Below, in pieces: positions 1 through 12,065 of a stretch of DNA of 64,000 nucleotides (the first letter of the stretch is position 1; every line of letters starts with the position of its first letter). Location of the stretch: the NCBI GenBank assembly GCA_028534125.1, contig CM052817.1, forward strand, positions 5,582,001-5,646,000, given 5' to 3'. Under the pieces are notes generated by a model, which saw only the letters and a list, made by a program, of their open reading frames with translations, was not told where the DNA came from and made no database searches. The DNA comes from Lama glama. Taxonomy: Eukaryota. The position numbers and the translations under genes are program-made.

Positions 1-1579
1 TGTGGCCATTAAATACTGGATTTTTTCCAACCTGCTTTTAGATATTATCAATGTGGTCTGCAAGGAGTGCATTTAAAATATCAGGGAAGAGGAGCTGAAA
101 GGATTTCATATCCAAACACAAAGGCCCTAAAACCACCAAAGGGGAAACCGATCTGACCTGAACATACTACATATGGAAACCCTGGAATGGCTGTGATGCT
201 CTGGGGAATATTCAGTTACAAGAGAGACCCAGCGCTGACCTTTTTGCAAGGGGACAGTCAACAGAAGATTGCATTTGATAGGAGGATTCACTTCCTGTTA
301 ACAAGGCTTCTAACCCTTTATAAGAGAGAGGAGGGAGGGCAAAGACTCCAGCTGTCTTTGAAGAGACTAACCCTGGTTCTTTAGGAGTCTGAAAAGAAAA
401 AGAAAAAGAAAAAAAAAAAAAAAGCAAACCGGGAAAAAGGAGGTATTGTGGAGGAAGGCCATATGATCCACCCAGCTGTGAAATCCTTTGCTCCAAACGG
501 TTTGCTAGAAAGACTGAGGAAATGACAGAAATATGTCTGTAGAAACTTGACATTCTTTTCTTGAATATTACATTTCTTCTGCAAATACTCACAACATATA
601 GAAGATATTAAAAGTGCCTAATAATTCAAATTTTACTTCCTGCATGGCTTTCTGGACTATCCATCCGTGTATTCAAGCCACTCTCCCTGGTCCCCAGACA
701 CCCCAGCAGGATGAACGGATGCCCTTTGTTCTGTGCTCCCAGAACCCCATTTACAGTGTCTCTGTTACAGCATTGGATTGAAATTGTCTTCTCCGCTATA
801 TTCTAACATACTTCTGTCCTCGGCACTTTAGCAGATGCAGTTGCTCAGAGAATGTTTGTTGACTGAGCTAATGAAACACTTCTGTAGATTTCTAAACTCT
901 GCTCTATACTGTAGTAAGTCTCTGTGGTCATCTTCCGCCCAGGAGCTCCTCAAGTGCAACGTCAGGTCTTATTCTTACCTCCACTGCCTAGCATGTGCCT
1001 AACAGTTTCTAGCAGATAGTAGGTGCTCAGCAAACGTTTGAATGGTTAAGCACGAAATTTCTCAACACACGACACAGTGAGAAGGCAGGAGAGCAGGAAA
1101 CAGGATTATTGACGGAAAGTAATTTGTTAATCAGTGACAGTCTTTTTCAGTCTATGAGCGTGAGCGATGGGAAAATGGCGGTTCTCCAGTAAAGTAAAAT
1201 TTAGCTCCCACATTCTCAGCTGGGGGCAATTTCTCACAAGTCCTAAGAAGGGAGCTCACACAAACCACATATCGGTGCTTCATATCTAAACCCCAGAACA
1301 AACCCATGAGGTAAGTAAAATCCTTGTTTTGCATAAGATGAAACAGGCCCCGAGAGGTTTATTTTTTGCCCAAGGGCACCCAAGCAATCAGTGCCAGGCC
1401 CAGGCTCCCTGGCCCAGCGGTCCTTTCCTCCTCCTGGGACCTCCTCCTCCGACCCTTTCAAGTCTAACTAGGCGACTCCTGAGGAGGAGGAGGCGGAGGA
1501 GGAAAGAAACTGGGGGCTGAGATGCTCTGGGCACAGGGGAGCCAGGGACAGTTCCATACGTAGAGAGCAAAAGGAACCA

Positions 1580-2200
1580 GGCGACACCGGAGGGCCGCGC
1601 AGCCCCGCCCGCGCGCACTGGCCGGCGTCGGTAATCTCGGTCCTTCTGGGCTTCCGTAGTCGGAACACACGGGACATCTTTGCCAGGGAAAGATCCGTAT
1701 TTTGAGATTCAAATCGTTCGTGAATTTGAGCACTGAGATGGCGAAGCCACCCTCGCCCTACATTCGCACCAACTAAAACCACGAAGGCAACATAGTCTAC
1801 ACCCTTCACGTAAGAAAGCCCTTCCCTCCGCGGGGAACGGATATCGGAAGTTCCGGTGTATTTGACGTCACTTCCGCCCGTCTCTGGGCGGTGCCAAGAT
1901 GGACGCGCTTCGGGCTCGGGAGCAGCTCCGGCGGAGATACCTGTTCCTGCCTGACGCGGAAGTCCCGCCAGACCACCAGGGCTCCACCGGGCCAGGTGAG
2001 GCGCTCCCCGGGCGCGCTCCGAGCGGCGCCGAGGTTCCCGGAGGCGAGGCACTCGGACACGGCTCGTCCCGCGGGCCTCCCGCAGCCCTGCCCAGTCAGG
2101 AGGGACCGGGTTTCGTTTTTTCCAGGCTTACCAAGTAGTTTTGGTAGTCGGGTATTTAGTGTCGTAAAAGATCCTTGGAGGTCACGTAGCCCTGCGTGTC
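1580..2200. promoter_or_regulatory. CpG island / TMEM128 promoter
   Basis: Dense CpG around the TMEM128 start. Motifs: full CRE TGACGTCA (1863-1870) abutting ETS/GC box CTTCCGCCC (1871-1879), palindromic ETS pair CGGAAGTTCCGG (~1845-1856), YY1-like AGATGGCG (~1736-1743). Confidence 0.85.
1899..1995 (+). CDS. TMEM128: TMEM128 coding exon 1
   Basis: ATG at 1899 in context AAGATGG; MDALRAREQLRRRYLFLPDAEVPPDHQGSTGP; donor CAG|GTGAG; 97 nt, phase 1. Confidence 0.93.
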
Positions 2201-3511
2201 TTCATCTCAGCTGCGCTTCAGGAGTCCCAGGAGAGCTGATTTAACACCAATTTGGCAATATCCAGTAAAATAAAAAATACCCACCAGTTGTAGCTCTAAG
2301 AATCTACCAAAGAAGCATACTTGTAGCCGTACACAAGGACGTGTGTGCAGTGCTTCGTCTCAGCATTGCCTGTAATAGCGAACGACTAGACACATCTAAT
2401 TGCCCATCAGCAGAGAGCTGGTTTAGTACATTTTGATGTATCTACATGACACAGCAGGCCGACTTTTACGTACCAATGTGGATGATTTTAAAAGGGAGGC
2501 CCAGAGCAAAGTATGGCGTGCTACCGTTTGGGTACAAACCAGATAACGTGTAATGTGTGTTCACCTATAGATACATAGAGTATGCAAAAGTTCATAGAAG
2601 TTGTTGCTGGTAGTTACTTTGGGGCTGGGGAACTGGGGTTAAGGATAGGAGAGAGAGGCTTCATTTTAGATCTTTCTTTCCTGTGTGTTGTAAACCTTCT
2701 GTATTTACTACCTTTTGAAAATGAACACAGAATACATCATGTCCAGGCACGCTGGTTTATAAATTTTGATGGTGTCTCCCAGAATTTGTATTACGCTTCC
2801 CAGGAATTATGATGGTCAGCTATAGGTTGAGCACCTCAGATGCATATCAGTGATTCTCACATGAACTAAGAGAAAGGGCATTTCAGTCACCTGGGGAGCT
2901 TTTCTTTCAGATTGGGCCTATTAAATGCACAGACTGAGCCTGTTCTTTCAGAGTGGGTCCCAAATGGAAGGAATTTGACTTGTTCATCACCTGTCTTGAC
3001 AGGGCTGTGCTGGGACTAGACCTCCAGTGTACCCTTTTCACTTTTGAGCTACCTCAAAAGGTTATATTTGTTTAAAATAATTAAAGTATGTAGTTGTAAG
3101 TAGTAGTTTTGGAAAATCCCAAGTCCATTTTGTGTTCTAATGTTTGCTATTTACATTTCTCTTAACAGGACTAATCACTTTCCTTGGTGATACATGAAAC
3201 ATAACATTAAAATTCCTTTACTGCCTGAGGGCATTATTCTTTCCAAAAGCCTGTATAAGTAAATTTGATTCCACAGTTCATTTAGAGGAAGAAAAGTTGA
3301 CTGTATTGAACATGTTTTACAGTAGGCTCCTATTATTTCTAGAAATATAAACTTATTTTGATGGTTTTACAGAAGAAATTGGTACTATAGTGGGAGAGAG
3401 TCTGGTTCTTAGAAAGCTCTAGGAAATTATTTTATTTGACATAAAATAGGTATAATTTTTTCCTATGAAGTTAATGGCTGTTTGATAAGCTGAAATCTCC
3501 CTTCTTTGCAG

Positions 3512-3653
3512 AAGCCTCTACAGCTGTTGAGAAAAAGGAGAAACCTCTTCCAAGACTTAATATCCATTCTGGGTTCTGGATTGTGGCATCCATAGCTGTG
3601 ACCTATTACGCTGATTTCCTTAAAACTGTGAAAGACAACTTTCACGCTAGCAG
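3512..3653 (+). CDS. TMEM128: TMEM128 coding exon 2
   Basis: Acceptor cttctttgcag|; (E)[46 protein letters not shown]; donor CAG|GTAAGA; 142 nt. Confidence 0.95.
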
Positions 3654-3909
3654 GTAAGAAAACTTTATTGCTTCATAAGTTAAACATGCTTGTTTTATTT
3701 TTCATGTTATGTTTTGTCCGTTGAGTTCCTCACTTGGTAAGCACCTGCTTTCTGCCAGTCACCATGTTGGAGGGACTGGTGATACAAAGCTGGAAAAGAG
3801 TGTGTGTGTCCTGGTCATGTACAACAGAGTGGATGAGACTGGAAATTATTTCAGTGGGCCTTTTCAGCATGAATGTTCTGTAGGGTGAGGAAGATAGTGA
3901 ATTTAAGAA

Positions 3910-3965
3910 GGACCTAGTTCATTTGTAAACCATGGAGGGACCTAGTTCATTTGTAAACCATGGAG
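3910..3965. repeat. Perfect 28-bp tandem duplication
   Basis: GGACCTAGTTCATTTGTAAACCATGGAG occurs twice in a row. Confidence 0.95.
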
Positions 3966-5507
3966 GGGGAAGGATTGACTGAAGGTCCTTAAGAAGATAA
4001 AGTACAGGAGTACGGAGAGGAAGGATGGAGAATTGTCATGGGTGAGAATCAGGTCTCAGAGTTTGTTTTCAGAGTAGTTACAGCTACCAAGGTAACTACA
4101 GGTACAGGCATCACTGAATTAGAGTTGAGGTCACTGCTGGGAGTAGTTGGGAGCCTTGAGGCAGGATGTCTAATAGTCCATCATTCGTGAGGATTGAAAT
4201 CTCTTGAGTACAATCCCAGAAGTTGACATGGAGGGGAAGGTTGTTAATCATACTTCAGAATCCTCACTGCACATTGAAGAGTGTTCTGGAGGCTGCTGGA
4301 TAACAGAAAAAGAGGGAGAGATGTTGATGCAAGTCAGAGTTGGCATCTGAAGGGGTGGTTTGTTTAGAATGCAGGGGTAATTGTTTGGAAGTACTAGCAG
4401 CGCCTGGAAAATGCAGAAGGAACTGTGTGATCACAGTTTCTCCTCCAGGGGCCGTCAGGAGGAGCTGAGAGTCCTGGAGGGCAGGCTCGGGAGTGAGGGA
4501 GCAGGCAGTCAGGGGAAAGTAAGCGCAGGGGAGTTGATGTAAAGTGCTGGAGGGAGAAGCTTGTTCTCTCTTTCCTTGTTCCCACAAGCTGGAGCTTTCC
4601 GTAAACACTCCCATCTCCCGGCCCTTCCCCTCACTCGCTCCTTCTCTGGGAGGTTGTGGACTTCCTGACTGGGTTTGGGATGAAGACGCAGACGCAGACC
4701 AGACGGGTAGCTCAGCCGTCTCTTCCTCTTGGGAGCCAGCTGCTCGCGGTCTGAGCAGATTCCAGGCTGCTCGGCTGTGCCGTAGCTTTGTGGGGCAGCC
4801 CTGATGTGAGACGTCTCTAGGTTTTCACGGTAACTGGGAACCCGGTGTGCAAGTCTGTCTATTTCTGGGTTTCAGGATGAGGAAGCACTTTGTCCTCGTT
4901 CACCAAAACCATCTTCTTTCCATAGCTCTGTCGGTAAAACAGCGGACAGTTGATCTTTATTAGCCTATTCCTTTCTCTCTCCCAGTTGGTCTAGAACTTG
5001 GGATGGGGAGTGAGGGAATGGTTACTTCATCACCACCCACAGCAGCTGCCCCTTTGTTCATTGAATATTTCAGGAGAGCCTGAGATGCGTACAGTTCTGG
5101 TGACAGAGGTGAACAAGGCACGTTTCTCACCCTCCAGCAGCTCATTTTAGGCTGTGATAGACAGGTGAATAGGTCACGGGTGCATACTGTGTAATGTATG
5201 TGCGGGATGCTGTGGGGGCACCTAGAAGGGGCACCTAGTCCAGCCCAGCCTCAGGAGGTAGACCTTGTTGAGGCTTGGGGAGTGGTGAGAGGATTTATCT
5301 CTTTGTGTCCTTATATGCCCTCATCTATAAGGACATGAGTACCTGAGTAGTTTAAGGAAGTGGCGAGGTTCGGAAGACTTCATTGCACTGTAAGATGTTT
5401 GGGGCACCTGTGGTGCTAAGTGGCATGCCCAGGAGCTCACTGCTGGTGTGTGGCAGAGCCAGGACTCAGCGTCTGAACCAGGGCTGTGGGGCATGAAAAG
5501 GAAGTGG

Positions 5508-5635
5508 GGGCGGGAGGGCATAGCTCCATGGTATAGTGCATGCTTAGTATGCACAAGGTCCTGGGTTCAATCCCCAGTCCCTCCACTGAGAATAAATAAA
5601 TAAACCTGTTTACCCTCACCATCAAAAAAAAAAAA
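5508..5635 (+). mobile_element. tRNA-derived camelid SINE (Vic-1-like)
   Basis: A box (TAGCTCCATGG), B box (GGTTCAATCCC), AATAAATAAA body, A tail; flanking near-duplicate AAAAGGAAGTGG / AAAAGGAAATGG (TSD). Confidence 0.85.
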
Positions 5636-6014
5636 GGAAATGGAAATCATAGACCTGCCCTGCGGAATGTCCTCTTAGAGGACAAGGGACTCAGTGCCTG
5701 CTCAGAGGCGGAGGAGTTTGAGGAGTTTGAGGAGCGTGCCTTCTTGCTGAGACCTAGGGAAGTGGGGAGTCACCGCAGCCCGGGCGTGAAAGCGCTGCCC
5801 CAGGCCGGCGGCGAGGCTGCCTCCCACCTTCTCAAAGACAGTTCATTCCTCTGATGCTGGAGGTCGCTTCCCTTTCACCCTGCTATTAGCCCAAGTTCTC
5901 AAGCTCAGGACGTAGGGTTCTTGAAATCTATGCAAGGCTGTAAGATTGTATGTGCAAAGGTGGGAAAGATAAGTCAACATTAAAAACAAAGCAAAACAGT
6001 GTGATGCTTTAGAA

Positions 6015-6245
6015 ATCAGTTTTCTAGAGAGTTCCGGTTGCAGGCATCAGAATCAACTGTGGAGTTAAAACACATGCATACACACACACACACACACACA
6101 CATACACACACAACAAAAATTACAATCCCAGGTGCTCAGGGCCTTCCTCAGACCCCCGGTTCAGAATTTTGGAGACGGGGACAAGATAGCTTCCCTTCAG
6201 AAAGCTGCAGAGGTGACTGATACACAGCCAGAGCTGATGCTCACT
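6015..6245. mobile_element. MER5-like hAT element interrupted by a (CA)n microsatellite (~6079-6110)
   Basis: gcatcagaatcaactgtggag...ctcagacc...tcagaattt...aagctgcagaggtgactgatacacagcc resembles MER5. Confidence 0.5.
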
Positions 6246-8230
6246 GACGTGCAGTGGTTCTATTTTGTTCAGGCAGATTTCTCCTTCTTTATATCCTGTA
6301 CTGTCAGGACAGAGAAGCCACACTAGGCTTCCTGGTGAAGATAAAGACTGAAATGAGTAGGAGGAAGGATTCTGACAAAGAAGGGATCCCCATAACTCAA
6401 GCACAGTGTTCCTCTACCTTTCTTTATTATCACCTCCTGAGAAGCCTTTTTTAAAAACATCTTTTTCCTAATTGCCCCCTAATATATGACTTGAATATTT
6501 GTGCTTTATACAGAAATAAAAAGGAAGATTTTATTTTTTCTTCTCTTTGTGGGTGATTTTCGCCCCGTTGAGAACGCACGTCCTAGCAGGAGAGCAGTCT
6601 TTGAAGACCCCTAAGGAAGAACATGGGAATATTTTCCCCCTCGGTGTCAGCAGTAGAATAATGCTGGTCGCTGTTGAGGATTAGCTGTGTAAGAAGAACT
6701 GAGCACTGATTCTCACAGCTGTCCTGGGAGCTGTACTGTTAATATTTTCAGAGCACACTAAGGTTGAGTAATTTGTCCAGAGTCACAAAACTAGTCATGC
6801 AGAGCTGAGATTCAAACCCAGATAGGTAAGTTTTCAAGGGCTGTGCCCCAAACCCTAGCACTCTCCTGCCTTCTGATTCTGAGTCCCAGAATTGCAGCCG
6901 CATGAATTGCCTTAAAGGAATCTGGGCCCTGGCTGTTGTCGGAAGTCCACGCAGTGCCTGGGTAACTTGACTGCTCTGGCTGTCTCTTCCCCCTCTCCCT
7001 TCTGCGTGGAATTGATCTTCTTCCCGTGGAGAAGGAAACGTTAACGGGGGGTATTGGGTTGAGTTGGGACTGGGAGAGGGACTTCATTTTCCAAATCTGG
7101 CCTCCCCCAACGGCCAGCTGGAGCTGGAAGGAAGGGCTGGTAGGGTTTTCTCGCACACACTGAGCCAGGTCTTGGGTGGAGTCAGAAGGAAGAAAAAGCC
7201 ATTGCCCCTTGGGAGAGAACTAGAGATATTCTCAGAACGGGGGGGTTTCGTTTAGAAATCTTTTATGAGAGGCAATTTGAATTAACTACTTCCAAACGAG
7301 TTTTCAATATTCCAAGGAATCCTGCTTAACTTGGAGGAGTTGATGGTACCTGTTGAAGTCATCTTTACCCTCACACTTAAAACTTCAGAAACAGCCAGAA
7401 AGCCACTATCTTTCCTGTGTTTTTAAAGAAAATGCGTTGCTGTAACCAGGGTTCTTTTTTGGATGGCTTGTTTATGAAAGTATGTCTGTGTGTGTGTGTT
7501 TAAAGCTTTGCTTTTTCATTCTTTCCTGAGTTTCACTCACCTTTACTCACCCGTCTCCTGTTAGAGTGAGACTGAAAGCTGCGATTGAGTAACGGGGTCC
7601 TCTGTGCCCCTCCCCTAGTTGGTAGTCTTAGAAATAGATTTTTAGTCTGGTGATGAAAACTTTTAAGATATCTGCTGATTTGCTAAGTGATGTCAATCAG
7701 CACTTTTTTTTTAACCATTTTATTTTTGTCTACCTATTTGCTTAACAATCACTGAATTTCTAGGCAGCTTCAGGTAACTGCAGAGCCTTTGTAAGTAGTT
7801 TATATTGTCTAGACCCAAAGTCTGCTGGGAACACAGTCTGGAGCAAAATTGGAAATAACATCTTTCCAAAGATAGGCTTAGAAATTCTGACTCAGTAGGT
7901 TAAGGCGCGTCCTTTCTCTAGAAGCAGGGCTGGGTCACATGTGACTGATGGGCACCATTCACAGGTATAGCCAAGAAAACAGAGTATAGACTCCAAAACC
8001 CTGTGTTAGGAGCAGGTCTCACAATTCGGATCACCTGTATTCAAAGGTGAGCGTGCAAAACCTTCGCCAGATACTTGTACTGTCAAAAACGAGATCCCTG
8101 CCACTGGTAAGCCCAGCAGCTGTGTGATCTGGTGTCATATTTAAGATGTGTGGAAAAAGACTATTTGCTATTAGGCTGTGGAGAGGGTGTGTGAGAGGAT
8201 GACATAAGGATGTTACTCTTGCCCCTACAG

Positions 8231-8389
8231 TTGGTTTCCCTGTGGCGGTGCCTTGCTGCTCGTCAGCTTATCGATTGCATTTTACTGCATATTCTACCTG
8301 GAGTGGTACTGCGGAATCGAAGACTATGACGTCAGGTATCCAGCACTGATACCGATTACGACAGCTACGTTTATTGTAGCAGGAATTTG
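8231..8389 (+). CDS. TMEM128: TMEM128 coding exon 3
   Basis: Acceptor cccctacag|; (S)[52 protein letters not shown]; donor TTG|GTAAGT; 159 nt. Confidence 0.95.
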
Positions 8390-8574
8390 GTAAGTTAACT
8401 TTGGAATAACTAATAGGAATGAAAAATGTTTTGATCAGGTACATGGTAGGAAATTTAAAAAAAAAAGGAATAATGGGAAAAGAGGCTCCCTGATTCCCCT
8501 TTCAGTAGCATCTTTCTCATGTATTTAGTTATTCAAAATACAAGTGGTGACATGCTATATATATATTCTGCATT

Positions 8575-9250
8575 TTGCTTTTTAAATCATTTTTGCTGTG
8601 AAGTGTAATACATAGAGAAAATTGGAAAAATCTAAATTGTACAGCTGAATGAATGGTTGTGAAATGGACATCGGTGTGAACCCCACCCAGATCAAGAAGG
8701 AGAACCGAGCTGGCCCCCTGAACCCCTCCTGCGCCCCCTCCCACTCAGTACACCTTCCTTCCTGCCCCAGGTAAACACCGTCCCCACCGTCAGGGTGCTT
8801 GCTTGCTTTTGCGCCTCTTAAATACTGTTTTTGTTTCGTCTTTTTTTTGAGCTGTATGGAAGTGGATTCACACAGTGTGTATTCTTTCACATTTGACTGT
8901 TCGGCTGTTTCCGTGCAGCATTACGTATGGTTCATCCATCTTGTTGTCCATAACAGTCAATCATTTCTATTGCCATTCAGCATTCCATCCTGTGACTGAG
9001 TCCCACTTCATCCGTCCTGCTGTTGATAGCGTCTGGATTGTCCCCGTCTGGGGTTGATACGAGTGATGCTGTTTAGAAGAGTCTTGTGTATGTCTTGTGT
9101 GCATGGGCGCACTTCTGTTGGGCGTATGTGTCCGTGCACGTGTATATGTACGCAGCTCCAGAGGTGAAACTGCTGCCTCATCGCGTAGGCACACCTCCAG
9201 CTTCAGTAAATGGTGCCAGGCTGCTTCCCAAAAAGATTTTTTTGACTGAG
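8575..9250 (-). mobile_element. Old L1 (L1M-type) 3' fragment
   Basis: Antisense L1 3' UTR-like text (tgtgaagtgtaatacatagagaaa...atggttcatccatcttgttg...tgccaggctgcttcccaaa). Confidence 0.6.
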
Positions 9251-9294
9251 TCATATTGTTTAGAATTCTTCCATTTGGGTGCATGTTAGATGTC

Positions 9295-9456
9295 ATTTTT
9301 TTAACATTTTTTTATTGAGTTATGGTCATTTTACAATGTGTCAAATTCCAGTGTAGAGCACAATTTTTCAGTTATACATGAACATGCATATATTCATTGT
9401 CACACTTTTTGTTTACTGTGAGCCACCACAAGATCTTGTGTATGTTTCCCTGTGCT
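9295..9456 (-). mobile_element. Young L1 3' tail (short 5'-truncated copy)
   Basis: Poly-T followed by tttattgagttatggtcattttacaatgtg...ttcagttatacat...ttccctgtgcta; flanked by TAGATGT on both sides. Confidence 0.7.
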
Positions 9457-10672
9457 AGATGTGCCTTTTTAATAGATTCTTTTTAGTAGTTACCTGGTTA
9501 TCACTGCACAGACATTCATGATTTATTTAACTAGCTCCCTGGTTTTTTATTCTTTTATTGTTATAAACAGTGCCGCAATCAATATTCTTATTCATAAGTT
9601 AATAGATTCTTAATGAAAAAAAATTTTTTTCAATGTTTATAAAAGTATACTTGCTTACTAAAGAAAAATCTGTAAGTTACTGAAAAGAAAAGAAAAGAAA
9701 AGAAAGAAATGAAAAAAGAAGAGAAAAGAAATCCCATGATCCTGCCAACCAGAGAGAAAGCCACACCATTGTGTCTGGCCTTTTAGGTTTTTTCCTTTCT
9801 TTATGCTAAGTGAATTTCGATTTTGGGAAAACCACACACCTCTGTACCTATTCAGTTTAAATGTATTTTTTCTGTGATTTATTTTCTGTAGTTATAGTTT
9901 ATGGACGCTTGACCTGTGTTACATTGTGATGTGGTTATTATTAACCCTTCAACGATGTGTGTAGACAGGTATGATACTCTGTAATTTCTTACAAGGCTAG
10001 CATCAATCCCAGAAATTTCATGTTCCTTTTCAGAACGGTAGGATTATAGCTGTTTTAAGTTTTTACTTATCAAGACGTTATATCTTAATCATTAACCATC
10101 TGAAACCCTTACTTGACTATAATTTTCCTTTACTAACTTCTGCTCTTACAAATTCTGTCCATAAAAATCATCTGCGCTTAGAAAGCCTTTTATTCTTACT
10201 TTGGTGGTGGAAAGTGTTTTCTTCAGTGGAACAGTTAATAGCAGCTTATGAATGATGACTTTTTTCATTCTGTTTCTAACAGGAAAATACTTTCAACCAT
10301 CTTTTTTTTTTCCCCCACCACGATAGTTGGGTAATGTGTGAGACTGTGAAAGCAGGCTGTAGTCATTTTACTTTGTGTTCCTATGCAGACACTAGAGAAG
10401 TAAGTGTGAAGCCATGCCGGCTCTCACGAGAAGAGCTTTAGTGATTCCAGTTCCAGGTACTTTGTCAAGAGATTGTGATGTTTCCAATATGGGCTAAATC
10501 ATGTGTCTGAGAAACACGAGAGATGTATATAGAGAAAGTTACTGGCTGAACGTGCTTTCCCAGACGGGGTGAAAAGTGAGTTCCTCAGATCTGGAGTCTG
10601 CAGGGGAGTGTGTCTGTATGGAGTCCAGCTGTGGTTGTCAACCCTGCGGGCTTTTTGTCCTTTTCCTTTCAG

Positions 10673-10772
10673 CTTCAATGCTGCTCTGTGGCACGTGTGG
10701 TCGTTTTTCACTCCGCTGCTGTTGTTCACCCAGTTTATGGGGGTTGTCATGTTGATCTCACTCCTGGGATGA
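10673..10772 (+). CDS. TMEM128: TMEM128 coding exon 4 (last coding part)
   Basis: Acceptor ttttcctttcag|; (C)[35 protein letters not shown]; donor AAG|GTAAGG 9 nt after the stop (exon end 10781). Confidence 0.95.
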
Positions 10773-12065
10773 TGTCTGAAGGTAAGGTTCTGGGATGGTA
10801 TTGCTGCTAACGGGCTCATCTGGCAGAGGCTTCTGTGGCCGTTCTCAGAGGGCACAGCAGGAGCAGACTGCTCGTGAGCAGCTTCAGTGCATAATTTATT
10901 ATTATAAATATTATAATTGAAGTAACTGTGTCAATAAATAACACTGTTTCAGAACACCCGGGCTATTCATCCATTGAACTCTGAGATGAGAGGGACTGCG
11001 ATCCCTCCCCTTCTGCATAATTTAGTTCTGAGTGACAACTGTTTAGAGAAGGCACCTTGCCCTTCCAGGATCTGATGACAATAGTATTTGCACCTTCCGA
11101 CTAGATAAATTCACACATTTCGTCCATTTTCTATTGCAGGCAGCCTCCACTAACTTCTACACAAATGACTGTTGGCTAGATCATTCTTTGTTAGTGGGAG
11201 TATGGGAAGAATGGGCAATTTTACCCAATTCAGAAAAAAAAAAAATTCTACCATTTTCTGACCTTCCTGGCTGCCTTATAAAAATCTGATGGAGTACACA
11301 TCAGCCTTTTCCTGCTATGTTATTTAAAGAACTTCTGCCTCTACACGGACCCCTGCATCCTCGGGCCTGCTGCCTTACACAGTGGGGTCTGTCTGCTGAA
11401 TATCAGATAACTCATTTATTAAATAAGTACGTGTTGAGAGTGCTCACTCTACATGCTTAGGGACGTGATGAAAAAGACAGCCCCTCTCATGTCACTTACC
11501 TCAGAACTTGGAGGCAATCTCCATACATCAGTTTACACGTATGAAGACGGAGGCCCAGAGAAGTTAGAACACAATTAACTTAACTAGCTTAATTAAGTTA
11601 ATACATTAAATTATTGGGGCACAAAAGAAAACTGACATTTCAGCTCACAGACAGCATGTTCTCCCTTTGAACTTTTAAAGGTAAGTCACTGTTACCAGGT
11701 ATGGAAGAAATGGACGCAGCCTTATTGCCAGCCTGAGAGCGGTTGCTAGTACGCACGTGCTGCGCTGTGGAGGCCCCTCCAGGCATCGTGCTGGTCTAGG
11801 ACGTTGGACCCTCACAGCGCACCCTCTGTCCCTGTCGACGTGTCACCACAGGAACTTTCCCTCTTGACCCCGTCTCCTTTAAATCTTTGACTGTTTGGTA
11901 TTGAGTTTGTACACACGATCAGGAGCTTTCGGCTTATTTGCTGACATCAATTTATAGTTGGTAACAAAGAGCCAGATAGTGTTGCAGGCAGGTAGACTGA
12001 ACTGTGCTTTTTCATATTAAGTCCAACAGCTTAAGACAGAATGTCTCACTTGGGTTTTTTTTCAG

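Noticed and set aside
1468..2052. 194-aa minus-strand ORF across the TMEM128 promoter
   Set aside because: Non-ATG start, CpG-island composition and no recognisable domain; no support for a divergent coding gene.
5508..5590. tRNA-like sequence with A and B boxes
   Set aside because: It has an AT-rich body, A tail, TSD and further copies at 34280-34452, so it is a SINE and not a tRNA gene.
11574..11602. 10-bp AT-rich inverted repeat (ATTAACTTAA...TTAAGTTAAT)
   Set aside because: Short, AT-rich and low complexity; not convincing as a structured RNA.
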